Source of the DNA: Eledone cirrhosa | Lineage: Eukaryota | DNA: 64,000 bases | Direction: 5' to 3' | NCBI GenBank assembly: GCA_964016885.1 | Contig: OZ024751.1 | Location: 23,684,001-23,748,000 of the forward strand | Made by a program: the position numbers and the translations under genes | The notes under the pieces: generated by a model | Told to the model about the DNA's origin: nothing | Database searches by the model: none | The model's input: the letters and a program-made list of their open reading frames with translations, nothing else | Shown: in pieces, positions 1 through 12,195 of the stretch | Layout: each line of letters opens with the position of its first letter | How positions within the stretch are numbered: the first letter of the stretch is position 1

Positions 1-146
1 TTATCCAGTACATTACTGGTACTTTATTTTATCGACCCCGTAAGGATGAAAGGCAAAGTCAACCTCGGCGGAATTTGAACTCAGATCATAAAGGGAGGTA
101 ACTCTATGCTTCAAAGCATGGCGCCCGACCCTCTACCGATACTGCA
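1..146 (-). mobile_element. tRNA-derived SINE (truncated by window edge)
   Basis: Reverse complement of the ~190 bp repeat with a B-box (GAGTTCAAAT) and core GCCTTTCATCCTTACGGGGTCGATAAAATAAAGTACCAG; a further partial copy at ~168-267. Confidence 0.85.
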
Positions 147-264
147 ATAATAATAATAATAATAATAATTGTTTCTACTTTTGGCACAAGGCCAGCAATT
201 ACCCAATGCATTACTGGTACTTTATTCTATCGACCTCGGAAGGATGAAAGCCAAAGTTAACCTC

Positions 265-309
<45 letters not shown>

Positions 310-640
310 GAGAGTGCAAGAGAAGGAGAGGGAGAAAATTAACCGATACCAGGACCTAAAGTGGGAGGTGAAAAGTATTTGGAACTGCCATGAAGTCAAA
401 GTGATCCCGATTGTCATAGGCGCACTGGGGACTATCTCCAAAGGTTTCCAGGGATGGTTAAAGAAAATCGGTCCCTTCACGCTTTTTGGAACGCTTCAAA
501 AGGCATGCTTGCTTGGAACAGCAAGAACCCTCCGATACGTCCTGAATATCTGAGGCTGCAGGTAGTGGCTTGATATTCAATCCAACGGACTTTCCAGTTA
601 ACCAACATCAATGACTGAGATTCAAGGAATAACAATAACA
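310..640 (+). mobile_element. 3' end of an RLE-type non-LTR retrotransposon (R4/Dong-like)
   Basis: ORF 314-553 reads EKINRYQDLKWEVKSIW...VIPIVIGALG...LQKACLLGTARTLR, typical of the C-terminus of restriction-like-endonuclease LINEs. It is embedded in (TAA)n on both sides, the known Dong target. Confidence 0.75.
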
Positions 641-662
641 ATAATAATAATAATAATATATA

Positions 663-733
<71 letters not shown>

Positions 734-969
734 GCAGTATCGTTATAGGTCGAGCGCCATGCTTTGAAGCATAGAGTTACCTCCCTTTGAGTTTGCTCAA
801 TGTAAATTATTAGATGTATTACAGAGCAGAAATACATTTTTACATTAACTCCAATATAAACGTCTTTGAATGCAACTAATTCGCCATACAATATTTACAT
901 AATATTTATATCAATGCTATAATTATGTAGCTGTTCTACCTTAATGCATGCTATTATTTATTAATTGAC

Positions 970-1190
970 TGGGCGGTGGATTGGCAGTATTGTTCTACCT
1001 TAATGCATGCTATTGGCAGTATCGGTAAGGGTCGGACGCCATGCTTTCCAGCATAGTTACGTCCCTTTACGATCTGAGTTCAAATACCGCCGAGGTTGAC
1101 TTTGCCTTTCATCCTTACGGGGTCGATAAAATAAAGTACCAGTAATGCACTGGGATAATTGCTGGCCTTGTGCCTAACGTAGAAACAATT
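970..1190 (+). mobile_element. tRNA-derived SINE (Nin/Deu-domain-like core)
   Basis: A-box TGGCAGTATCGG, B-box GAGTTCAAATAC, conserved core and 3' TAGAAACAATT; short internal duplication near the 5' end. Confidence 0.85.
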
Positions 1191-1204
1191 ATTTATTAAT
1201 TCAC

Positions 1205-1384
1205 TGGGCGGTGGATTGGCAGTATTGGTAGAGTGTCGGATGCCATGCTTTGGCGCATAGAGTTACGGCCTTTGCCATTCTGAGTTCAAATCCCGCCGAG
1301 GTTAACTTTGCATTTCATCCTTACGGGGTCGATAAAATAAAGTACCAGTAATACACTGGCCTTGTGCCTAAAGTAGAAACAATT
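1205..1384 (+). mobile_element. tRNA-derived SINE
   Basis: Second head-to-tail copy of the same family. Confidence 0.85.
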
Positions 1385-1398
1385 ATTTATTAATGTAC

Positions 1399-1588
1399 TG
1401 AGGGTGGTGTATTGGCAGTAACGGTAGAGGGTTGGATGCCATACTTTCTAGCATAGTTACATCCCTTTAGATTCTGAGTTCAAATCCCGCCGAGGTTAAC
1501 TTTGCCTTTCATCCTTACGGGTCGATAAAATAAAGTACCAGTAATGTACTGGATAATTACTGGCCTTGTGCCTAACGTAGAAACAATT
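1399..1588 (+). mobile_element. tRNA-derived SINE
   Basis: Third head-to-tail copy. Confidence 0.85.
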
Positions 1589-1868
1589 ATTTATCTTCTG
1601 TGTATAATATGCTTGATATCTTCACTTTTACTTCTACTCTTCTTTTAACACATTTCAATATTTTGATATCTTTTTACTGTAATATCATGTATATGCTTGC
1701 TATCATTTTGCCTCTGTACTACCTTAATGATTTTCCGTGTAATATGCTTGATGTACTCACTTTTGATAATACCCTTTTGATAACTTCCAGTATTTGGCTA
1801 TCTTTTCAATGTAATATCATTTTATTACTCTTGTTTTTCAATATGATGTCAGTGACACTGTTAGTAAT

Positions 1869-2047
1869 AATTGTTTCTACTTTTGGCACAAGGCCAGCAA
1901 TTACTCAGTGTATTACTGGTACTTTATTTTATCGACCCCGTAAGAATGACAGGCAAAGTTAACCTCGGCAGGATTTTAACTCAGATCTGAAAGGGGCGTA
2001 ACTCTGTGCTACAAAGCATGTTGTCCGACCCTCTACCGATACTGCCA
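1869..2047 (-). mobile_element. tRNA-derived SINE
   Basis: Reverse-complement copy with A/B boxes and core. Confidence 0.85.
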
Positions 2048-2201
2048 GCAATAATGTATCTTAATGAATGTTCTAATGACTAGGAATGTAATTACTTGTT
2101 TAAACATTGTCTATGCTCCGATCGATACCAGACAGTTGTCTAGAAGAAACGATCGTCAGCAATTAAATGTATTAAATAAAAATTCGATTGTTTTATATTC
2201 C

Positions 2202-2358
<157 letters not shown>

Positions 2359-2377
2359 TATCTACACTTAACGTCGT

Positions 2378-2525
2378 TGTTGGAGTGATCCAGCGTGACA
2401 CGGAATGTGGCAAGGCTGGTCTCTTTCAATTACATGTATACCTCACATTTACCAGCCGAGTGTACTAGAGTAACGTTAAATAAAATATCCTGACGCCGGG
2501 AATCGATCTCACGACCTTTCGAAGC
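2378..2525 (-). mobile_element. Degenerate SINE of a second family
   Basis: GC-richer island ending in GCCGGGAATCGATCTCACGACC (reverse complement of a tRNA B-box region); resembles another octopus SINE from memory only. Confidence 0.4.
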
Positions 2526-3109
2526 AACGCCCCTTCATTCCTCTCATTTATAGAAGTATACAAAGGAGTAATATCAACACTCTACAATTTTCCTTAACGT
2601 TGTACTTAACATAAAACATCAATTCATCGTTGTTTCCGTTACATTATTTGTAACCGTCAACATTAAATTCTGCTTGCGTCTCTTCAGATATTAAATGCTC
2701 CGCTAGATCTTTCTCAAGTGGACAACATCACGAGCGATCGATATTGGTAAATACTTTCAACTTAAAACCCGATAGATATTGATTAACAAACACTTGTCAA
2801 GAACATACGTGGACTCCGGTTTTCCGTTAGCTTGACTTTGTACAGAATATTTAAACATATTCTAAAAACACTATTTTATGTCTAGACACATGACATAAGA
2901 GTTGTTTTATTAAGATGTTTATCTCCAAGCAGTAGACAGATCATTGAACTGAAAATTTGGTGCTTCATTATATGCGATGAAATGAGAGATCACAACTTTT
3001 AAGTTATGATGATTGAGTGTTAAAGTGTCCTTATATATCTGATCAGTTGTTACACATGTTATTGTTTTCAATATTCAGTTGGGTTTGGTTTTAGTGTATG
3101 CATGCATGA

Positions 3110-3218
3110 TCCTGTCATTCCTGAAGGTACGTTTCTTAGTTATCCAGTCCAAATACTTTTCAATTCCCATTTTTATCATTCCAAGTGTGCTGACTATCAC
3201 TGGTACTCCAAATGCACT
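3110..3218 (-). mobile_element. R4/Dong-like LINE C-terminal fragment
   Basis: Minus-strand VPVIVSTLGMIKMGIEKYL resembles IPIVIGALGTISKG of the 314-553 fragment. Confidence 0.45.
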
Positions 3219-3221
3219 GAC

Positions 3222-3432
3222 AATTGGCAGTATCGGTAGAGGGTTGGACGCCATGCTTTGCAGCATATAGTTATGGCCCTTTATGATCTGAGTTCAAATC
3301 CCGCCGAGGTTAACTTTGCCTTTCATCCTTACGGGGTAGATAAAATAAAGTACCAGTCACGTACTGTGGTCGATTTAATAGACTTTCCCCTCCCCCAAAA
3401 TTGTTGGCCTTGTGCCGAGAAAAGAAACCATT
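3222..3432 (+). mobile_element. tRNA-derived SINE, longer variant
   Basis: A/B boxes and core, plus ~35 extra nt (GTACTGTGGTCGATTTAATAGACTTTCCCCTCCCCC) missing from most other copies. Confidence 0.85.
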
Positions 3433-5207
3433 ATTATGATTATTATAACCACTACTTTGTAAATTTATAACACTTCTTTTCAGATTTCATACTATCTTTA
3501 CATGAGCAAGACAAGAATTATATAAGAGGATATATATAGTTAAATAATAAGGGAGAAGATGAATAAACAATTATATTTGTATTGGATTTTAGATTCAGGT
3601 ATATGTAATGTTTTCTTACTTTTTCAGTCACCAACATGTTGCGTGGTAATTCTTACTTATCTAACACTGACCATATTTATTTAGCCATTTCTCAATAGAC
3701 ACACAGTAAAATTATCACTGTATATCCCTTAAGACAATACTGCTATACGTCGTCGCAAAATCCAATATGTAGATCTATACATAGATTTATATGTACAACA
3801 TACATACAGACATATAAATACGCACATAAATATATATCTATCTACATATATATGTATATATATGTATATATATGTATATATATATATACATATATATATA
3901 TACATATATATATATAGTAATATCTCGCAAATTTTACCTGCCCTAGATATATAGTAATAATAATAAATGTGAAGACTAAAGACTAAAATGCGAAGAGGGC
4001 TCGATAGGTAATATATATACAAATATTTAAAAACCGTAGAGTAAATATTTATTAAAATAACAGATTAAAGTTTAAGCAAAGAATCGCTGCTTTCACCCTC
4101 GGTGAAGAACAAACAATAAGGTAAGATAATTGTGTCGTGATAGCATACATATGGGTGTTATATATTATAAGCCTTAAATGATATATTAGTTATAGGCGAA
4201 GATATTTATGCAAAAAGTATTATAAAAGATTTTATGAAGTTTATGGAGAAAATGTTAATATCTATAGTTATGGCGTGTGTATGCAATAAGTATAGAGTTG
4301 TAAAGTTCAAACAATATATACAAAACAAACATTTAATGTTGTGATTACATTTGTAGTACTAAATCGATGTCTTTGTTTCTGTGTCATAATTGGTGTTTCG
4401 TTATTATCCTTTATAAACAGTGGTTTATATTGATTGAATGTATGTACAAATAATGTAGATGATATTTGACATTCCTCAAAGTTCAAACAAAAGCTTGCAA
4501 AAACCCTTAAGTTTGGGATGGTGTTAACAGATTCAAATTGACAGTTAGATTTTGAAGAGGTTTAATAAAGAGAGTTAATTAAATAAGAGAGGTAATTATG
4601 AAAAGTGAAAAATTATATATTACAAATCTATAAACAATATATATATATTTTATATTATTTCTATATTTATTTCTATATATTTATAAATTAATTAATTAAT
4701 TAATTAATTAATTTATTTATTTATTTATTTATCCTTTTCCAAATTGATTAAAGAATGTCGAAGTATTATTATGGAGAGGAATTTATTCAGTAGTGGATTA
4801 AAGTATGTATCTAATTTATGAACACTATTACTAGCTAATTATTGAGTGTTATATTTATTCAAAAATGAAATAATAAAATGGAAGATACTTTAAGAAGGAT
4901 AATATTGGAAGGTACATAATGTATTTATTTAATCTATTTTAAGGGAATAATGTATAAATAAAGTATAAGATCTGTAGTAGAGAAAAGAAGTTACAAAAAG
5001 TGTATTACTATATTAAGATTTTGGAAATAGTTTTATTATCAAGTGAGAAAAGAGGATATAGGATAAAAATATATATATGTGTATATATATATTGGCACTG
5101 TGGCTGTAGTATGTGATTGAGTTGTTGCCAGCTTTGTGTTAGTGTCTGAAAGCTGGTCACCATTAGCATAGATTATAATTTTGAATCTTTGAGTTATATT
5201 GTATTTT

Positions 5208-5310
5208 CTAACAAGTCTCTCTTTGATTTCAGGTAGACGATTCTTCTGGTTACTATAAAACCTTGTATATCTGTAACAGCGACTCATTTCTTCAATAAGA
5301 ACCTAAGAAC
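5208..5310 (+). promoter_or_regulatory. Conserved upstream block: branch-point/acceptor-like CTAAC...TTTCAG|G followed by TATAAAA and Inr-like TCATTT
   Basis: CTAAC 5208, CAG 5230-5232, TATAAAA 5254-5260, TCATTT 5284-5289 (A 32 nt from the TATA T). Copies at ~11361, 18033, 29005, 41789; diverged homolog at 53430-53530. Confidence 0.55.
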
Positions 5311-5384
5311 TTGAAAACTACTATTTCCTGCAGATATTGTTACTGAAATATTCATCTCTCTCTCTCTCTCTCTCACTCACTCTC

Positions 5385-5466
<82 letters not shown>

Positions 5467-5650
5467 ATCTATCGTGATATATGTATATATCGCGATAAAT
5501 TAACGAAGCCATAGACTCTCACTATTCCCTGTAAATATATATATGTATATATACTCTGCATGTGCATCGAATATTCATTCATTTCGTGGTTGTCACAAGT
5601 AATTTACTAAATCACATACATTTACACACACACGCATACACTACACACAC

Positions 5651-5705
<55 letters not shown>

Positions 5706-6013
5706 CACACAGCCAGACACACACATACACATATATTCATATATAATGAAACACAACTTCCTAAATGATAAAAAAGAGGGACTATTTAATATGTTATTAT
5801 ATAATCCTCGTATATGTTAACAATCAGTTCTTATTATAACTTTTACTTGCGCCTATAACAGTGACCTAACACTTACTAAATGAAACACATAAAACTTTGA
5901 CAAATCAATATTTATATTTATTAGAGAAAGTTAATATTTAATGGAGTGAATTTATATGTATCAGAGAAACATTAATACAAAAACTAAAATTGGCTCGTTT
6001 ACAAATAGGAAAG

Positions 6014-7213
6014 ATGAAGATGTTGATAAACTATTTTGTTTTAATCCTGACAGCAACTCTATCGCTAGTAAATCTCAGCCCTACGCACGTAGATGAAATT
6101 CAACTACATACTAATTTGTTATCCACTTATAACAAACAAATAAGGCCTGTTTTAAATTTGAATAAATCTGTCGATATAGAGGTTCTGTTACTCCTTAAGA
6201 CGCTCTATAATTTCGATTTTGTAAATAACCGACTAATTGCACAATACTTCATTATCTTCTACTGGGAAGATGAACTGCTGAGATGGAATCCAGAAGATTA
6301 CCATAACCTCACACGTACATACTTACCGAAAGCTAAGGTATGGACACCAGATTTCATAATGTGTAATTCAATGAAGGAATCAGACGATAAAGATAGTTTT
6401 CCCGAGGTAATAGTTTATAATGAAGGGTGGATAGAAATGCGGGCAATAAAATCAGTAGAGACATATTGTGAAGTAGATGCTTACAACTACCCATTTGATA
6501 AACAGGAGTGCCCAATCACCATATGTGTCGCTGTGCACGAACCTCAGCATACCAAATTTGTATCAATTAATTGCGAGGTTTATGAATTTGAAAATAACTA
6601 CCAATGGGGTATCAGCATGGATGGTCAAGTATACCCAAAGAACGACAAATACAGCTCCGTAACAGCTATGATGTTCTTACGACGTAAACTCAAAGTAGGT
6701 ATTTTGGCTATGCTAATTCCAACTGTAATGATGACACTTTTAACTATCTTTGTGTTTCTGCTGCCCCCTGAATCAGGAGAGAAAGTCTCTTTAGCAACAA
6801 CGATATTTTTATCAAATGTCTTATACCTCGTTCAAATAGATAAAACGACGCCTAAAAGCTCAAAATCCCCTTCACTTCTGATGTTGTATTTAATGTTGTT
6901 ATCAATGTGCAGTGGAGTTGCCACACTTGGTTCAGTGGTTATCAGTAAATTGTATGTAAACCAATCAGCTAAAGAAAAGAATTCTTCGGCTTTAGATCAA
7001 AATAATACCAAACCTCACGGTAACAAAATTGCTGATGTTTCACTAATTTCCACAGCACAACCTTATCCTGCCATGACACAGGAAAGGTCAAAGTTAAAAC
7101 AATGGTTCTCTGACTACGTACGACTGGATGATATATTTCTAAAACTTAGCGTTGTATCAACAATAATTATTGCAATATTATTTGTAAGCTTGTTGTTTAC
7201 AGCTCCGGATTAA
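6014..7213 (+). CDS. Chemotactile receptor (CRT-type, atypical nAChR-like Cys-loop cation channel subunit), paralog 1, 399 aa
   Basis: First ATG 6014; signal peptide, IRPV, WxD..L.WNP, Cys-loop C-x13-C (CEVDAYNYPFDKQEC), no loop-C CC, PPESGEK before M2, four TM segments; uninterrupted CDS. Confidence 0.93.
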   Translation: MKMLINYFVLILTATLSLVNLSPTHVDEIQLHTNLLSTYNKQIRPVLNLNKSVDIEVLLLLKTLYNFDFVNNRLIAQYFIIFYWEDELLRWNPEDYHNLTRTYLPKAKVWTPDFIMCNSMKESDDKDSFPEVIVYNEGWIEMRAIKSVETYCEVDAYNYPFDKQECPITICVAVHEPQHTKFVSINCEVYEFENNYQWGISMDGQVYPKNDKYSSVTAMMFLRRKLKVGILAMLIPTVMMTLLTIFVFLLPPESGEKVSLATTIFLSNVLYLVQIDKTTPKSSKSPSLLMLYLMLLSMCSGVATLGSVVISKLYVNQSAKEKNSSALDQNNTKPHGNKIADVSLISTAQPYPAMTQERSKLKQWFSDYVRLDDIFLKLSVVSTIIIAILFVSLLFTAPD

Positions 7214-7283
7214 GTAATTCTAAAATATTGAAAAATAAACTAAACGTACATTCATACATAGTTATTTCAGAGCACCAATAATA

Positions 7284-7346
<63 letters not shown>

Positions 7347-7357
7347 TCTCTCTCTCT

Positions 7358-7442
<85 letters not shown>

Positions 7443-7650
7443 AATTTTAGCACAGCATCAACGAACCTTTTGGATGCAGCCAAGCTAACGTATGCAGTTT
7501 CGGTGGGCAGCTAAACACTCAATAGGGAATGATCTCTAGAGGTTTAACATTACGTTTAGACAGCTTTGCAAATCAAATACAGCGACCGATAGACGGGCCG
7601 CATTGACCATAGCGACGAAGAAAACCGAACTCAGGAAAAATTAATCACTC

Positions 7651-7691
<41 letters not shown>

Positions 7692-7796
7692 ATATATATA
7701 TATAGTAATAATAATCAATTTGAAGACTCAGATCCAAAGAAGGCTCGATAAGGATAAACATATATTGTCGTACTACTAATTTATTTATATTATCCT

Positions 7797-7911
7797 TAAC
7801 GATCTGAGTTCAAATCCCGCCGAGGTTGACTTTGCCTTTCGGGGTCGATAAAATAAAATACCAGTAATGCACTGGGTATTTGCTGGCCTTGTGTCAAAAG
7901 TAGAAACAATT
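7797..7911 (+). mobile_element. 5'-truncated tRNA-SINE (duplicated at ~13937-14051 and ~20442-20556)
   Basis: B-box plus core with a shared small deletion. Confidence 0.75.
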
Positions 7912-9483
7912 ATCCTTAACTCCGAAGCCTATAATCATTCGGTTCCCTATGTAGAATATTAGTCTACGACTTCATTTATACCATAAACGTGGTTTTGTCT
8001 TTGCGTGTAATTGTTCTCACCGTTCCACATAACGACGAATTATCTTCGCTACTTTCCTTAACGGGATCTTCTGAAACTAAAAAAATCAATCTGTGAACGC
8101 AGAAGTAAATATTTCGAAAAACGTTGCGACCGAAGGAAAACAGGAAGACGATACTTTGGTTCGTGAAGACGTTCCCTGGCAATGAACGGAAAATGGCGAA
8201 CATAATACGTCATCAATGTTTGTCAGAATGTCGAAAATCAGAGACTCAGGCATACAGACAGATATTATCATGACGCGAGATATTATAAGGGCGCGACGGA
8301 GATGGATAACCGGAGATGGATAACACCCCTTTAACAACAGTAAATTGTTAATATCTTTAGACCGCAAGGAATATATAAATGCAAGTTTGAAGTCAATCGG
8401 AGTAGAAATGTGGGTTTGTATAGACTTTTCAAAAAATGAGGACACACACGCACAGACAACTACAGTTTTATATATATGTATAGATAATATATGTCATATA
8501 TATAATATATATATATACGTAATATATTATATGTATATTTATATAATTTATAATATATAAAATATATTATATATATAATATATATAATATATAATATATA
8601 TAATATATATGATATATATATATATATATATATGATATTATATAATATATATATAATTGTTTCTACTATTGGCACATGGCCAGCAAATACCCAGTACATT
8701 ACTGGTACTTTATTTTATCGACCCTATAAGGATGTAAAGCAATATATATATATATATATAATACATACATATATAATATATATATAATATTATATATGTA
8801 TATTATATATATAATATATATGTATATATGAGATATAATATATATATAATTTATATATATTATATTATATATATATAATATATCTATATATAATATATAT
8901 ATGTAATATATATTACTGCGATTCTTTGCTTAAACTTTAATCTGTTATTTTAATAAATATTTGCTCTACAGTTTATATATATATATATATTTAAATATAT
9001 ATATATATATATATATTCCTTATCGAGCCCTCTTCGGATTTTAGTTAGTCTTCACATTTATTATTATTACTATATGTGAAGGGAACGTTTCCACAAATCA
9101 AAGTCTCGTCAAACACGAACACACATCAAACACTAAACACACACGCAAACGCATGCGCAGAGAAGAAGACAAAAATAAATAAATAAATAAATAAACAGAT
9201 TAAATAAAGATGGCGTAGACATACAATACAAAAGGAGGAAACATAATAGCACCACTGACGATCTTGCAGATGTGCAACGAAAGAACTTTGTTAGACTATA
9301 TATATATATGTGTTTATATCTATATTATATCTGTATTTTTGACCGTTGGTCAGTGAATGGTAAACATTGAGGACCGAATAAATTAACTGATATAAAAGTT
9401 ACAGAAGAGAAAACCAACCAAACAGTGAGTGTGTTCTGTTATTAATTCTGGCAATATTATTACAATATGACCCTCCCCAAGTA

Positions 9484-9537
<54 letters not shown>

Positions 9538-9665
9538 CACACATACACACACACATATATATATATATATAATATAATATATCATATATATATATAATTG
9601 TTTCTACTTTTGGCACAAGGCTAGCAATTACCCAGTGCATTACTGGTACTTTAGTGCACTCAGTC

Positions 9666-9835
9666 CATGGAACAAGATTGGTAGAAGTAGTTCCAGAACA
9701 GTTAATTCATCATATCTAAAACAAATGTTACACCATATTCGGACCCTCATTTCGTTCTAGACAGAGCTGAGGATCCGAAGAAGGTGAAACATTTGTTCTC
9801 GGTATGGTGTACTAACTTTTGTGGAACTAACTCTA
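9666..9835 (+). mobile_element. Foldback mini-element with hammerhead-like core (Penelope-end-like); relatives at ~32828-32954, ~46458-46560, 54061-54155
   Basis: gag-CTGAGGA-tccgaagaaggt-GAAAC-attt-GTT-ctc at 9764-9800, inside inverted arms and ending at (TA)n. Confidence 0.55.
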
Positions 9836-9938
9836 TAATATATATATATAGTAATAATAATAAATTTGAAGACTAAAATCCAAAGAGGGCTCGATAAGGA
9901 TAAATATATATCAAATATATACGAACCGTAGAGAAAAC

Positions 9939-10335
9939 ATTTATTAAAATAACAGATTAAAGTTTAAGCAAAGAATCGCTGCTTTGACCCTTAATGGGAT
10001 CTTCTGAAACTAAAAAAATCAATCTGTGAACGCAGAATCTACGAACCACATATTAGTCTACGACTTCATTTATGACATAAACGTGGTTTTGATTTTTGCG
10101 TGTAATTGTTTTCACCGCTCCAAATAATGACGTATTATCTTCGTTTTTCCCCGTTCTTTGCCAGGGAACGTTTCCACGAAATAAAGTATCGTCTTCCTGT
10201 CTTCCTTCAGTTGCAACATTTTTTGAAATATTAACTTCTGCGTTCACAGAGTGATATTTTTAAGTTTCAGAAGATCCCGTTAAGGGTGAAAGCAGCGATT
10301 CTTTGCTTAAACTTTAATCTGTCATTTTAATAAAT
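9939..10335. repeat. Inverted repeat with ~100 bp arms (9939-10037 / 10236-10335) from a dispersed repeat family
   Basis: Arms are reverse complements; family fragments also at ~3955-4105, 7950-8190, 8915-8960, 14095-14270, 20600-20800, 35200-35355. Confidence 0.8.
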
Positions 10336-11504
10336 ATATATTAGTTATAGGCGAAGATATTTATGCAAAAAGTATTATAAAAGATTTTATGAAGTTTATG
10401 TAGAAAATGTTAATATCTATAGTTATGGCGTGTGTAACCAATACGTATAGAGTTGTAAAGTTCAAACAATATATATAAAACAAACATTTAATGTTGTGAT
10501 TACATTTGTAGTACTAAATCGATGTCTTTGTTTCTGTGTCACAATTGGTGTTTCGTTATTATCCTTTATAAACAGTGGTATATATTGATTGAATGTATGT
10601 ACAAATAATGTAGATGATATTTGACATTCCTCAAAGTTCAAACAAAAGATTGCAAAAAACCTTAAGTTTGTGATGGTGTTAACAGATTAAAATTGACAGT
10701 TAGATTTTGAAGAGGTTTAATAAAGAGAGTTAATTAAATAAGGGAGGTAATTATGAAAAGTGAAAAATTATATATTACAAATCTATAAACAATATATATA
10801 TTTTATATTATTTCTATATTTATTTCTATATATTTATAAATTAATTAATTAATTAATTAATTTAGTTATTTATTTATTTATTTATCCTTTTCCAAATTGT
10901 TTAAAGAATGTCGAAGTATTATTATGGAGAGGAATTTATTCAGTAGTGGATTAAAGTATGTATCTAATTTATGAACACTATTACTAGCTAGTTATTGAGT
11001 GTTATATTTATTCAAAAATGAAATAATAAAATGGAAGATACTTTAAGAAGGATAATATTGGAAGGTACATAATGTATTTATTTAATCTATTTTAAGGGAA
11101 TAATGTATAAATAAAGTATAAGATCTGTAGTAGAGAAAAGAAGTTACAAAAAGTGTATTACTATATTAAGATTTTGGAAATAGTTTTATTATCAAGTGAG
11201 AAAAGAGGATATAGGATAAAAATATATATATGTGTATATATATATTGGCACTGTGGCTGTAGTATGTGATTGAGTTGTTGCCAGCTTTGTGTTAGTGTCT
11301 GAAAGCTGGTCACCATTAGCATAGATTATAATTTTGAATCTTTGATTTATATTGTATTTTCTAACAAGTCTCTCTTTGATTTCAGGTAGACGATTCTTCT
11401 GGTTACTATAAAACCTTGTATATCTGTAACAGAGACTTATTTCTTCAATAAGAACCTAAGAACTTGAAAACTACTATTTCCTGCAGATATTGTTACTGAA
11501 ATAT

Positions 11505-11628
<124 letters not shown>

Positions 11629-11811
11629 ATCTATCGTGATATATGTATATATCGCGATAAATTAACGAAGCCATAGACTCTCGCTATTCCCTGTCAATAT
11701 ATATATGTATATATACTCTGCATGTGCATCGAATATTCATTCATTTCGTGGTTGTCACAAGTGATTTACTAAATAACATACATTTACACACACACACACA
11801 CACGCATACAC

Positions 11812-11893
<82 letters not shown>

Positions 11894-12195
11894 GCCAGAC
11901 AGACACATACACATATATTCATATATAATGAAACACGACTTCCTAAATGATAAAAAAGAGGGACTATTTAATATATTATTATATAATACTCGTATATGTT
12001 AACAATCTGTTCTTATTATAACTTTTGCTTGCCCCTATAACAGTGACCTAACACTTACTAAATGAAACACATAAAACTTTGACAAATTAATATTTATATT
12101 TATTAGAGAAAGTTAATATTTAATGGAGTGAATTTATATGTATCAGAGACACATTAATACAAAAACTAACATTGGCTCGTTTACAAATAGGAAAG

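Larger units (their letters stand above)
4181..8127 (+). repeat. Segmental duplication block containing CR gene 1 (paralog at 10336-14267)
   Basis: Near-identical non-coding and coding sequence at an offset of ~6.15 kb, differing mainly in microsatellite length and ectodomain codons. Confidence 0.9.

Noticed and set aside
1013-1095. Possible tRNA genes (A and B boxes)
   Set aside because: Always fused to the same SINE core and tail, and no convincing cloverleaf; they are SINE heads.
5990-6013. N-terminal extensions of the CR ORFs in the track (TTG/GTG starts at 5990, 12172, 18644, 29736, 42455, 54129, 57256)
   Set aside because: Eukaryotic locus; the first suitable ATG directly precedes a signal peptide, and the extensions overlap acceptor-like or inserted sequence.
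6014-7213. Canonical nicotinic acetylcholine receptor alpha subunit
   Set aside because: No loop-C vicinal cysteines, no loop-B Trp or loop-A Tyr, uninterrupted CDS and tandem arrangement fit the CR family instead.
7234-7239. AATAAA just after the gene 1 stop as the poly(A) signal
   Set aside because: Not conserved in the near-identical flanks of genes 2-5 and expected by chance in AT-rich DNA.
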